A stretch of DNA of 64,000 nucleotides from Camelus ferus (Eukaryota), in NCBI RefSeq assembly GCF_009834535.1, contig NC_045711.1, positions 35,774,001 through 35,838,000 on the forward strand. The letters are read 5' to 3'. Positions within the stretch are counted from its first letter, which is position 1; the number at the start of each line of letters is the position of its first letter. The translations under genes were made by a program, and so were the position numbers. Below are positions 28,201-40,800 of this stretch, in pieces. A model generated the notes under the pieces. That model ran no database searches and was not told where the DNA came from. It saw only the letters and a list, made by a program, of their open reading frames with translations.

Positions 28201-30199
28201 CACTCAGTCTGGGCTTCTCTTTGGCCTCCACTCTGAAGCCAGGTGGGGGCAGAGTCCAGAGAGGGTAGGGCCACCGTATGACCAGCCCTCCCTCCCACCC
28301 TTCCCCTTCACCCACCTCCACCCAACCCTTGCAGGAGTGGAGAACTGGGTCTGGGCTGAAGATATGGCTTATGCCCCCTCGGCGGTACCCTGGAGTCCTG
28401 AGCACCAGATACAGAGAATGCAGGTGACTCGGAAGTTGCTGGAGACGGAAGACCAGGCTGCCTTCCCCCTGGGAACTGCCCCGCCTCGCTACGTGTACCT
28501 GGCCAGCAACCACAGCAACAAGTGGGGCCACCCTCGGGGCTACCGCATCCAGGTGGTCAGCTTTCCTGGGGAGCCGCTGCCCCAGGCCAGCTCCATGGAG
28601 AGAAGCCTCAGCTGGGCGAGGTGGGTGGCACGGTGTGTGTGTTTTGTGGAGTGGGAAGGGGCGGAGAATGAGAGTGAGAAGGGAGTGTTGGGAGGGGCAC
28701 TCGGGAACTCAGTTCAAATTTTATGCGAGGTGAGAGAAGAACTCAAAAAGGATTTCCTGGGTATCAAAATTCACACAGTGGATGGATACATGGCCCCCTT
28801 GGAATACTAAAGCCCAGATGGCAGAATTCTTTTCTGTTTTGGAGAGGCCATGCTGTGAAATGACAAGGGGTGAACAGGAGGACATGGAAAGATGTTGGGC
28901 AACCCATTAGGGTGGCATCAAAGTCACTGTGTGGATGAGATGGGAAAGCTGAGGTCCATGTGCTGGGCTCCCTTCCCCAATAATCAGGAGGCAGGATGGG
29001 GCTAGTGACCTGGAGGCCTGACTAGTACAACTCTAGGTACAAGCTGGCCGTGACCCAGAGGAAGGAGACAGAGCCCACCAGCACCAGCATCTTCAATCAG
29101 AATGACCCCTGGACCCCCTCTGTGGACTTCTCTGGCTTCATCAACAACGAGACTATTGCTGGAGAGGTCGGTTGACCACGTGGGGACTGAGGGAGGCGGG
29201 CAGGGGCCCAGAGATGAGCCCCGCCTTTTCCTGGGGGTCCCTGAAAGCCATCTATCTCCTCAAAGGCAGAGCTGACTCCTGCCTTCTGTGGATCCGATCA
29301 TTACCTGTTGAGGGAATCTTCCCAAGCTGGGAGTTCACTCGTACACACTGGCTGAGGCACCAGCCTCTCCTCAAGACACTACAGCCTTCTAAGTCTCAAC
29401 TTTGTGGACTTGGCCCTTTTAGGGCCCCAGGACTCAGGAGTGCTGAAAGTCACCAAGGAAGGCCACATAGCTTATATCTAAAGCTTCTTCAGTCCTGGCT
29501 TTACCACTAAAGGATTAATTTTTAAATGTCGGACTTTTCTGCTTCCCAAGCCCTGAACTTCCCTCCTCCATCCGCCTCTCAGTTAGAGTTTAGGAACTCT
29601 CTCACAGAGTTAGGGGAGAGGAGCTAAGTAGCTGGTGGGTGTCATCATTCCTCTGGGGGTGGGTAGGCTGATGGAGATGCTATGGGGAACATCAGAGATG
29701 GTGGGTGTGGGCTGGCACTGGGGGCAGGTGTGGCTCCCAATATGAAATTGACTATGCTTTGACTTCTGGGCTAGTAGGAAACATGTTTAAAGAGTTAAAA
29801 TCCTTCTGAGGGAAGGTGGGCTGGCAAGGTGAATCATTCCATACAAGGCCACTGTGGGGGAGGGGGCAGGTATGTCTTTAGCAAAGCCAGGCCTTATAAT
29901 CCTTTTTCTTCACCCCTTGCTAGGACCTGGTGGCCTGGGTGACACCTGGTTTCCTGCACATCCCGCATGCAGAGGACGTCCCCAACACGGTGACTGCAGG
30001 GAATGCCGCAGGCTTCCTCCTCAGACCCTACAACTTCTTTGACTACGACCCCTCCTTTGATTCTGCTGACTCTGTCTACTTCCGGGGGGACCAGGATGCT
30101 GGGGCCTGTGAGATCAACCCCCTGGCTTGCCTTCCCAAGGCTGATGCCTGTGCCCCCCACTTCCCTGCCTTCTCCCACGCAGGCTTCGCTCATAACTAG
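25212..30199 (+). CDS. AOC3: Membrane primary amine oxidase / VAP-1, 763 aa (exons 25212-26811, 28335-28620, 29037-29166, 29924-30199)
   Basis: 1600+286+130+276 = 2292 nt. Type II anchor [25 protein letters not shown], Asp386 (26367-26369), TPQ Tyr471 in LLNYDYVWD (26622), HTH and HIPH ligands, RGD in exon 4; residue numbering equals human AOC3. Confidence 0.97.
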
Positions 30200-30660
30200 G
30201 TGGGCCCTGGGATGAGGATTTTGACTGGGGCCCTTGGACCAGGAAGTGTGGGAGGGGAGGCAACAGGCACTGGGCAGGGCAGCCTGTGCCCTCCTCACAC
30301 CCCAAGGTCCTCTCTCTCCCATTGTCCTCCCTGCCTCCCCCTCCCTGCTGGGAGCATCCTGAGCCTGTGACACCTGACACAGGGGGCACTTGGCTTTGTG
30401 GACCCCAGACCTGCTGGGCTCCTGTCCCTGAGAGGAGAGGAACGGCCATTCGGGACCGTGGAGTGATGATGGTTAAGCTTTTCCCAGAAGACTCCTGTTT
30501 TTGGTTTTGCTTTTTGGCTGTCCCAAACCTTTTTAGGACATCCCAATTCTCTCCTAAGACTCTCCAGTCCTTCCCTTGGGAGGCAAGGAAGAAGGCTCTC
30601 TATGGGGATAGCCCCCTAGAGGCCCCAGGGCAGGGTTCCTGCCAGGCCTATAACGCCATG

Positions 30661-30666
30661 AATAAA
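30661..30666 (+). terminator. Candidate AOC3 polyadenylation signal AATAAA (second one at 31397-31402)
   Basis: Hexamers read directly downstream of the stop codon. Confidence 0.5.
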
Positions 30667-33600
30667 GCTGGAAGAGGCCCCTTGGCCCATGGTCACTCTC
30701 ATACTAGTCTTCCTTGTCTCTCTCTTCCTTCTTGCCTAACCATCTCCTGTTCCTACCTGTTCTTATATCCTGGGATTTCCCTCCCAGCCCTGAAGGGATG
30801 TTCCTCTGCCCTGATGCTCCCCTAGCCCTCATTTCTTAACTCTGGTCTCTTCTCCTGGCTCTAGGCCTGTGGAAGTCTCAATATGCAAGGTACATCTAGT
30901 TTGAGAGGACGCCTGTCTGTCTCCCTGTGTCTGGGAGCTGCCCTTACCCCCAGTCCTGGGGCAGGGTGTGTTTCCCCACAATTTTCTCTGCCCATTTGTA
31001 TAGCCCTGCCTTGCATTCTCTGGGAGAGGATGAATAGAGTCAGCAGCAACTCAACTTAGCACTTTAAGTGGATTTGTGGGTGCAGTGGTAATGTGGAGTG
31101 GTCATTTTGTGCCAGGTCTGTGTGTGACCAATGCCCTCTGTACTCTGTAACAGCCAACAAGGGAGGCTGGGTGGGCACCAATTGTGAGAAGCAGGAAGAC
31201 CCAGGAACTCCAGCCAGGGGGCCAGGGGCTGTCCAGTCACATGTGGGCATGCAAATAAGGCCAGCCTCTGGGGGAGGAGCCTCTCCCCATCACTGTCCTG
31301 GTTTGAGGCAGGGGAGGAGGGTCTGGATTAGGGATTGGTATACAAATAGAAAGAGATTGGAAACAGCAGAACCATCCTTCCCTAGAGGATTGGTTAAATA
31401 AATTCTGATACAGCCTTAACAATGCAATACTATGCAATTATAAAACTAATTACATCTCTTTATAGGGAATCATCTTCCAGTGAAAGGGGCAAGGTGCAGA
31501 ACTGTGTATAGGGCACTTCCATTTGTGTATTAGAAGGGAGGATAATACAAATATTTTCTTATAGATGCATATTCAGAAGAAACAGGTAACACAGGTTGCC
31601 TCTGGTGAGGGAAACTGGGAAGTGGGGACCAGAGAGAGAGGAGACTTAGTATTATAAATCCTTTTGTACATTTTGAATTTTGAACCATAATTTTACCTAT
31701 TCATTTATTATTATTCAGATAATAAATGGGCCCAAACAAGAACTATTTTTTTCTTTTACAGACGGGCCTTAAAAAGGGTGAGGTAGGGGAGGGTAAAGTG
31801 AGTTAAGAGATGGGCCTGGGACTCAGTTTTCTCATTTTTGAGACCCAGAGAAATGGGTGTGGCCTCTGGTAACTCCTTTGCCTTCTCTTGAGTGTATATC
31901 TCCAGGGGAAATATTAAACTTCAGTCAATCTCTCTTTTGCTCTGTCTCATGCGCTCTCTCTCTTTGTTTCTCTCAGAAGAGGGGGCAAGGGGAAGCAATG
32001 GGGAGGGGTGACTTCTGCCTGCTGGGAGCCCAGGCCAGGCTAGGAGGTGCCATGCAGGGACCAGATTTTGGATGCTTCTCAGCTTCTGCCCAGAGGGAGA
32101 TCACATCCAGGGAGAGCAGGCATCACGGAAGTTTCTGCTACCTTCTGTCCTGCCCCAAGTCCAAGTTCACTTCTGGGTCAGTGGAACAATGGATGGAGAC
32201 GAGTCAGTAAGCTGGAGAGAAACCAGGTTCCAAAGAACAGGGAAAAAGACTTCAGTAAGGAGAGAGGGCCAGGGATGGCTGGATGAATTTATAACATGGC
32301 CTGGGGTAGAAGCAAGAGTGACAGAGGACAGAAAGAGATTTAAGACAAGGAGAGACTGAAGACTGAGACAGAGGAGAAAAAGGGATGTCATGACCAACGT
32401 GGCTCTGATACTTACTTGATACTACTTCTTTCTATGACCTGAGTAGTTTACCTTCTCCATTACATGCCTTTTGTTTCCACCTCCTTCTGGCTCCTTTTTA
32501 TGGTCAGTTGCACAACAGTCAGCTGGAGGGAAAAGGAAAAAAGGAATGCTGGTGTCCACACCTCCCCCTACCCCGATTTAATAACTTGAAACTCCTTGTC
32601 TTGTAACCCATCTCCAGACCCAAGAGGGTGAGTGTTTGCAAGTGGTGAGTGTGCATGTGAATGTGTGTGAAGGCTCGCTCACAAGCCTTGATCTGAAAAA
32701 GGGACTGTGGTTATGTCTCTCTACATGTCATCATGGGGATAACACCCCTGTTCCAGGCCTCAGTGGACATGGAGATCATGAGATCGTTAGCCCTGCTGGG
32801 GTTTAGAGGGCTGCAAGTTGGACCCCCAGCCCCCTACCCCACCCACTCTCTCCCTTAGACCCCTGAGGCTGGAAGGACTGTCTGCCTCAGACTTGTGGTC
32901 AAGCGATAGGCAGGAATAGTGACCAAAGATGTCAGGTTCTAAAAGAACTGGTGTCTCCAAGGCCAGAGATCTTTAGGACTTGCCCCCATTGCCCTCCTAA
33001 GAGGAGATGGACAAGGGGCCACCCGAGGCTAGGTCAGGGGCACAGCTGGGACTTCTCCAGGAATGTAGACACGGGGAGCCCTTGTGAGGAGCACAGGATG
33101 CACTCACCTGCCTCTGCTCTCCTCCTGCAGCGCCTGGGAAAGTCTCCCTCTGCAGTGGAAGAGAAGGATTCCTACATGCATTCAACAATGATTTCCCAAG
33201 TGCCTCCTACCTGCCAGGCACCTTGGGAGGGGCTAGAGGGACAGGTAAAGGGGCAATTACACGAGGGACTTTCAGAGAGGAGGCGGGAGGTAGCAGGGGC
33301 TCCTAACCCAGACTTGAGGATGAGGAAAGGCTCCCTGAGGGACATGATGTCTAAATTGATCCTGGCAGAAGAGTAGAAGCTAGCCCCGGGAGAAGGAAGA
33401 GAATGGAGAGAAGGTTCTAAAAAGAGGAAACAGCATCTTCAAAGGCCAGGAGGTGACACAGTGGCACCATACAAGTACCTAAGTTTGTTGACAGGTGGGT
33501 GGGCTGTGAGGGGAGTCCCGAGGGGCAAACAGAGGGCAGAAGAGGCAGGTCCTTGCTGCCATGGTTGCTCTAAGGAAAACAGGGAGCCATGGAAGGATTC

Positions 33601-35957
33601 TCACCAAGGGAGTGACAGGGTCAGAGTTGCCTTTGAGGACATTCCCTCCAACCCAGGTACAATGAATAGAGTGGACAGATGGCTTAGCCACAGGGCGGTG
33701 GGTCAGAGGTGAGAAATGACGGTGGCCGGAATGCAGGGGGAGGCCGGCAGAGGACTCCCGTGGGAAATCTGGCCTGAGGAGGCCATGCTTGCAGAGAGCC
33801 GGGATCAGAACCCCACATCCAGCTGCCTCCCTCCCCACTTCCCACCTCTGCTGAGGTCACAGATGAAGTAAAGAAGGATCCCTGGCCACTGACTCTGGTT
33901 TTTCCCGCTGTGCAGCCCATGACCTCCTGAGTGGAAGAGCATTACTGTATTTAATGATCACTTACCGCCTGGGAAAGTCACTTGCTGATTAAAGTACAAT
34001 TCCACCCAACAATCAGTCCCCTTGGTAGTTAGCGTGGTGACGGCATAACTGGTTAGATGATCCTTTACACAGTGCACAGTGGGTTTGGAAAAAAGTGAAA
34101 TCCCTAAAAAAAAAAATGTGTCTGAAGCCCTCCTGACAGCTTTTTTGAATGGTTTGGCAGTGAGGATGGGCTCATTAATTCTACGGCCTCCTTACCCGTT
34201 CTAAGGGGAAACCCACCACTTCTGGCTCCTCCTAGAAAGTTCTCTTTCAGTTATCCACTCATCTCCCCGTACTTTAAATCTCTCCCTTTTGACTGGCTCT
34301 TCCTCTCAACTTTCTAAGCTTCTCCCAGGACCCTACCTCTCCTGGCCGGGGGTCTTCTCTCAGCCTGTGCCCTCCAAGGAATGTTCTTTCTACCCCTCCT
34401 GGGCTTGCTTCCTTTCCTCCCACCTCTGTCACTCCTCAATGCCCTGCCCTCCCTCTGCTGACCCACAAGCCACAGGCCCTGCTCTGACGAAGGTCACCAG
34501 TGACTCCCAGATGCAAAATCCGCAGGCCTTCCCAGCCTAGTTTCCGGACCTCTCAGTGGCATTTGACTACTCGCTTCTTAAACTCTCTCTTATCTTGACC
34601 TCCCCACATTCTGACTCCTCCTCATCTATATTTGCTGCTTCTCGGGCTCCTGTGCTGGCTCCTTGCCCTCTGCTCTGCCCACAGGTCCCCTCAGCCCCAC
34701 ACCTCAGTATTTTCCAGGACTCTGTCCCTGGCCCTCCTGTCTCCTCTCTCCAGAGGTCCTCTCTGGGTGAGCTCAGGCTCTCCTTAATTCATGACTAATA
34801 TTTGTTGTTTTGCCCAAGTCTGTATTTCTAGCCTAGAGGAACCTCTCTCCTGAACTCCTAGCCCATAGAGCCAATGGCCCTTTTTTCTGGGCATCTGTGC
34901 TGGGGTTCCCCCTGAGCACCTCAAACTCAAACTTGTTGGTTTCCCCTTTAAACTCACTGCTCTCCATGAAGGTCCAACTAGTGAGAGCCTCTTCCCACCC
35001 CAAGTCACCCAATGGGAAACCTTTGTGTCTTTGTGGTGTCATCTAAGAGGCTGTGCCCTTACTCACCCACCCACCCAATCAGGCACTGAGTCCCATCTAC
35101 TCCACCTACAACATCTGTCCAGACTCATCCTTTCCTCTGTGTCCTCAAGGCCACTCACCTCACCCTGGCCCTTTGCCTCCTGCCTGGTCTCCTCGACTCT
35201 AGTCTGTCCTATACCCAAGCCCTGCTCCGCGCCTCAGCCAGAGCCATCTCCCTAGAATGCGGATCAGAGTGGAGTGACTGGGTATACGGAGGGGGGTTCC
35301 CACTGGCTGCACATGGTCTCTAGGGCAGCAGCTCGGTTGAAGCACCACGTCCTGGGGCTCAGTCTTCAACCTGAAGGCCAGGAGTGGGCTCTGGCTCCCA
35401 GGGATAAGCTCATCTTCAACACATTCATAGAGGCTGGGGCCAGGTCTGTCCAAAGAGAAATAAGACCTAGTTAGGGGAGTAGGGTGTGTGGTCCTGTCTC
35501 CTAATTCTTCAAAAGAGACGCCTTTTCAACAAGTTTTCAGAGTGTTTGACATGATGATTGTGAAGCCCAGGATGAAATGATGTCAGAAGGAAACAATGTG
35601 ACAGTGAGACACTTAGGGAAGGTGGTCAGAGGGGGTGCCTTCTTACATCCTCATCCCCCCACCAGGCAAGGCAAAGGCTCTCCCTCCCACCACCTGATCA
35701 TTGCCCACTTCCCATCTGACAGCCTGGCATTACCCAACCAGAGCAAACATTCACGACCTTTGCTTGGTAACACTGGTCAGGACAAAAAACACTAGCCATC
35801 TTAACATTGTGTTCTTGGCTGGGAGCAAAGACCATAACTTACCAAAGGCCCAGATTCATGTTCCCAGGCTGGGAAAGCTTGCCTTGTGGCCAGGGCTGGG
35901 CCTTGACCTTAGATTCTACTCCTCCTTATTATGAAACCCAAATGGTTCATTTCAAAT

Positions 35958-36422
35958 TGAGATAGGCTGGGACCTGGGACCCTCTACCGGAGTGTCTGCT
36001 CTTGTACCTGAACAAATGTCTCTGGGAGCAACAGAATACAAAGGAACTATAAGGGCTTAAAAATAACTGCATCCATGCATGCGCACTCAGGGCAATTATG
36101 AACAATAAGATACAAAAAGGTCACAAACCAACTGCCACTTCTGAGGTGCCAGAGCAAAAGTAGGGGACTGTGCATGATGCCTGCACACAGCACCAAGGGG
36201 GTGGACAGACCACCTAAGCCACCCCTGGAACTGACCCACCAAGCCCTCCAACCCTCACCTCATTTAAGGAAACCAGTCTAACCTCCACAGAGAGCAAGCA
36301 AGGGAACCTGTCTTTTGTCTTTGCTCCCTCCTGCTGCAGCACGAGTCCCTTGCCTGAATTTCTCATCTGGTCTCTTATCGATTTCTATTGATTAAAGAGT
36401 CCAAGAACCTGGGTCAGTAACA
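35958..36422 (+). mobile_element. Solo ERV1-type LTR (465 bp) with 4-bp TSD AAAT
   Basis: Starts TGAGATAGG and ends GTCAGTAACA (TG...CA); AAAT on both flanks (35954-35957, 36423-36426); resembles cetartiodactyl ERV1 LTRs. Confidence 0.85.
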
Positions 36423-37841
36423 AAATGACCCCTTATGTTTAATTTCCATATCAAAATATAGCTGATTGCATAAATGAGCTGATATCTGGATAATCTGACC
36501 TTTCTGGTGTTGATTTACCTGGTTTAACTGGTTCCAAGATTTCTTAACTCTTTTCCTGCAATTACTACTTTGCTTAAAACACAAGGCTTCCCGACCTGCC
36601 TGCCTCCCCTCCCACCTCGCACCAAGGACACTGACCTTTTGGCCGTTCCCTGCCCATGTCAATGCTGTTTCAACTTTCTATACCTTTTCACCTCCTGTTC
36701 TCTTCAGCTGAACATCCAGTCTGTTCTCCCCCAGGCCCATGCATCTGTCTATCGTGGCTTCCTGAAGAAATGTTCCTGGACATGTCCAGGTTAGAAAGTC
36801 TTCTCCCCCAGGATCATAAAGGAAAGCATGTCCCCTCTCTGGAACCCTCAGTTTCTCTTAGTTCTGGACCTGGCTGCCCAGAAAGTGGAGGTGCTTTCGC
36901 TCTCTGCCTCTACAACATTTTGGAGGAGGGTTTCCTGGAGATGAGGGTTCTAGGCTGCTAGGTTAATTTTATAGCCAGTTTTCCAGGCACCCTGAGCTCT
37001 AACCTGACCCATCAGCCCTGCTCGAGGGATGGATGGGGGTCTCTGTTATACTGCCACCCCACCACCTACTCTGACTTCGGATTGGCTCTACCCTCCTGCC
37101 CGCGAATGCTTCCCTCCAGTGATTTAGGGTCCTCAGGGCCTCCAGTATGTTGACCTGGCTCAGCCCTTCAGCCCCCCAGCTCTTCCCAGGTGCTTTGTGT
37201 TCTCAGTAGACCTCTCAAGCCTCCCAGGGAGTGGATTCCAGTAGGATTCTGGTTGATGGGGGGTGGGTAGCAGTAGACAGTGATGAGGAGCAGAGCCTGG
37301 AGGGCATCACAAACTAGAGAGAGGAAGGAGGGAAGCAAGCTGGAGGGGTGAGCACAGGTGAGTTTTGCTTGCAGCCTTGTAGCCAGGAGAAAGATTCCAT
37401 CCAGAGGGTAGAGGAAGAGCCCAAGGACAGTCCCTTTCTGCCCCTGTCAGTTCTTCCTCTTGCTGCACTCGCTCCAGCTGTGTTAATGCCAAAGCCCACC
37501 CCTCCCCTGCTTCATTCCCAACCTTGAACTTGAGTGTTTGACTTGGAACCGGAGGACAGGCTTACATGGGCCATTGAAAGTCCAGGTTCCCACCTGAGCC
37601 CCGCCTCCCAAGCCTGGCCAGACTCCTGGCACCGTCCACTTCCACCCCCTCCCAACCCTCTGTACTTGGCTGCTTGTCTTCAATGTACCCATCATGCCTC
37701 TTTCCCAGAAAAACCACCCAGAGACCAAGCACCTCTGGAGACTGAAAGAGACATCCTGCACTCAGGTCCTGTTGGTCGATCTTTTTATCTTGCATTCTGC
37801 ATTCTGATTCAAGAGACTGAAGACAGCCAGGAGCTTCAGCT

Positions 37842-40800
37842 ATGGCCCTCTTCATTCTTTTGTGTAGTGTTCTGGTGATGGCCATGGGTGAAGGTGGTGC
37901 TGGGAGTAAGGAAGGAGTAGGGAAGGAATGTAAACCCAGCTGCCCCTCCGTATCTCCCAGTGCCCAGCAATGGACACACCATGGCCAGAGCCAGCTGTTT
38001 GCAGACCTGAGCCGAGAAGAGCTGGCAGCTGTGATGAGCTTTCTGGCCCAGAAACTGGGGCCAGACCTGGTGGACGCAGCCCAGGCCCAACCCTCGGACA
38101 ACTGTGTCTTCTCAATAGAGCTGCAGCTGCCCCCCAAGGCTGCAGCCTTGGCCCACCTGGACAAGGGGAGACCCCCGCCTGCCCGGGAGGCACTGGCCAT
38201 CGTCTTCTTTGGTAGACAGCTCCATCCCAACGTGACTGAGCTGGTGGTGGGACCACTGCCCCACCCCTCTTACATGCGGGATGTGACTGTGCAGCGTAAT
38301 GGGGGACCCCTGCCCTATCACCGACGCCCTGTGCCCATCCGAGAGTACTTGGACATAGACCACATGATCTTCAACAGAGAGCTGCCCCAGGCTGCTGGGC
38401 TTCTCCATCACTGCTGCTCCTACAAACGCCAAGAAAAGAACCTGGTGACAATGAACTCAGCCCCCCGTGGTTTGCAGTCAGGGGACCGGGCCACCTGGTT
38501 TGGCCTCTACTACAACAACTCAGGGGCTGGGTATTACCTGAACCCCTTGGGGTTGGAACTACTGGTAGACCACAAGGCTCTGGACCCCACCGGCTGGACC
38601 ATCCAGAAAGTGTTCTTTCAAGGCCGCTACTATGAGAGTCTGGCCCAGCTGGAGGAAGAGTTTGAGGCTGGCCGGGTGAATGTGGTGGTGGTCCCAGACA
38701 ATGGCACAGGTGGGTCCTGGTCCCTGAAATCCCCAGTGCCCCCGGGTCTGTCTCCCCCTCTGCAGTTCCATCCCCAGGGTCCTCGCTTCATTGTCCAGGG
38801 GAGTCGAGTGGCCTCCTCATTGTGGACTTTCTCCTTTGGCCTTGGAGTTTTCACTGGCCCAAGGATCTTTGACATCCGCTTCCGAAGGGAGAGAGTGGCC
38901 TATGAGGTCAGCCTCCAGGAGGCCTTGGCCGTCTACGGTGGAAATTCTCCTTCTGCTCTGAGAGGCCGGTATGCGGACAGCAACTTTGGCTTGGGCTACT
39001 TCTCCACACCTCTGACCCGTGGGGTGGACTGCCCCTATCTGGCCACCTACGTGGACTGGCACTTCCTTTTGGAGTCCCAAGCCCCCAAGACACTACACGA
39101 TGCCTTCTGTGTGTTTGAGCAGAACCAGGGCCTCCCACTGAGGCGACACCACTCAGATGAGACCGCCTACTATTTTGGGGGCCTTGCAGAGACAGTGCTG
39201 GTTATCAGATCTGTGTCCACCATGCTCAACTATGACTATATATGCGATTTGGTCTTCCACCCCAATGGGGCCATAGAAGTCAAAGTCCATGCCACGGGCT
39301 ATATTGGTTCATCGTTCCTCTTTGGTGCTGCCCGAAGATTTGGAAACCAGGTTGGGGAGCACACGCTGGGCACCGTCCATACTCACAGTGTCAACTTCAA
39401 GGTGGATCTTGATGTGGGAGGTAAGACATCCTGGCGGAGGCAAGGATTCCAGTAGAGGAGGATGAAGTCTTCATGCCTAGCTTTAAAATTGTCATTGAAA
39501 CCTTAAAAATGTACAAGTATATGAAGTAAATGTGAAAGTCATCGAATTCCTTCGAGATTTTCACCCTTAGATGTCTGTTCTCTCATGCTTAAGAAAATTC
39601 TTCCGTCTTTTAAAACAGTGGGTCTGCAATTCTAGAGTATATTATGGTGTTTACTATGTACAAGATAAGCTATACTGATAGGCATATTTAGATTTTTACT
39701 ATCAAATTTCAACCATACTGTACACATATATTGTCACTTCTGTTTTCTTGCATAACAACATATCACACTCATGCAAGCAAGGAATATTTACTGAATGCAT
39801 ATTTGTGCCGAGCACTGCGCTTAAACAATTTAACAAAAGAAACAACGTCCCTGCTCTCAGGAGGTTTACATTCTAATGGAGATGCAGAGAGAGCATGGAG
39901 AACTCCCAGAAAATGTGTGTGATTGAAATATTTTTACACTTAACCTCTTTGTGTCTCAGCTTAACTCAAGTATAAAAATGGTATAGGCAGCGCATTCCTC
40001 ATAAGATTGTTGTAAAGATTAATGGTGACTATTTTAAAACCTTTTGTCTTTTGAAATAACTTTAGACTTAGAGAAAAGCTGCAGAGATTATACAGAATTC
40101 CCATAAACCCTTCACCATCTCCCCCTCATATTAACGTCTCACATAACCATAGGATAATCAAAAGCAGGGAATTAATATTATTATCATACTATAAACCATA
40201 GACCTTAGGAGAATTTCATCAGTGCTTCTACTAATTTTCTTTTAGAAGATACTGGTCAATCATTTTGTAGGGTGTCTTTCAATTTGGGTTTCTCTAATAT
40301 TTTCTCATAATTAGATTGAGCTTGTGTTTTTGTTTTTGTGGTTTTTTTTTTTTTTTTTTTTTTGGCAAGAAAACCACAGAAATGATGTATCTCCTCCCTA
40401 GAGCATCATATCAAGGGTACATGATGTCCATATGTTGTCTTATCAGTGATGTTGACCTCAAGCAGTTGTTTAACGTAGTGTTTTCCAGCTTCCTTCGTCG
40501 TAAAAGTTAGTATGTTTCCATTTGCAATTAACAAATATTTGGGGGAAATTTTTGATGCTATGCAAATATACTATTTATTTTCTTCTCAAATTTCTTTTTT
40601 AAAATTTTTTAAAAATTTATTTTTAATGGAGGTGCTGGGGAATTGAACCCAGGACTTCGTGCATGCTAATTGAGCATTCTACCACTGAGCTATACCCTCC
40701 ACCCCTCTTCTCAAATTCTTGCCTGCTAATTTTAGCATCTATTGGTGGATTTTTCGATGCAACAATTATTGTTGCTGTTTCCCTCCTAGTCATTTAAATG

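Noticed and set aside
30500-35900. Possible additional AOC fragment or fifth paralogue between AOC3 and AOC4
   Set aside because: No NYDY, HTH or HIPH motif or exon-like similarity seen; the region is unique sequence with L1, L2 and MIR relics.
37480-37545. Putative HNF/NR5A sites in the AOC4 promoter
   Set aside because: Only partial matches (e.g. TCAAGGTTG on the minus strand, TGTTTGAC); too degenerate to call without data.
37562-38230. 222-aa minus-strand ORF over the AOC4 start
   Set aside because: Antisense shadow extending into the promoter; no recognisable domain.
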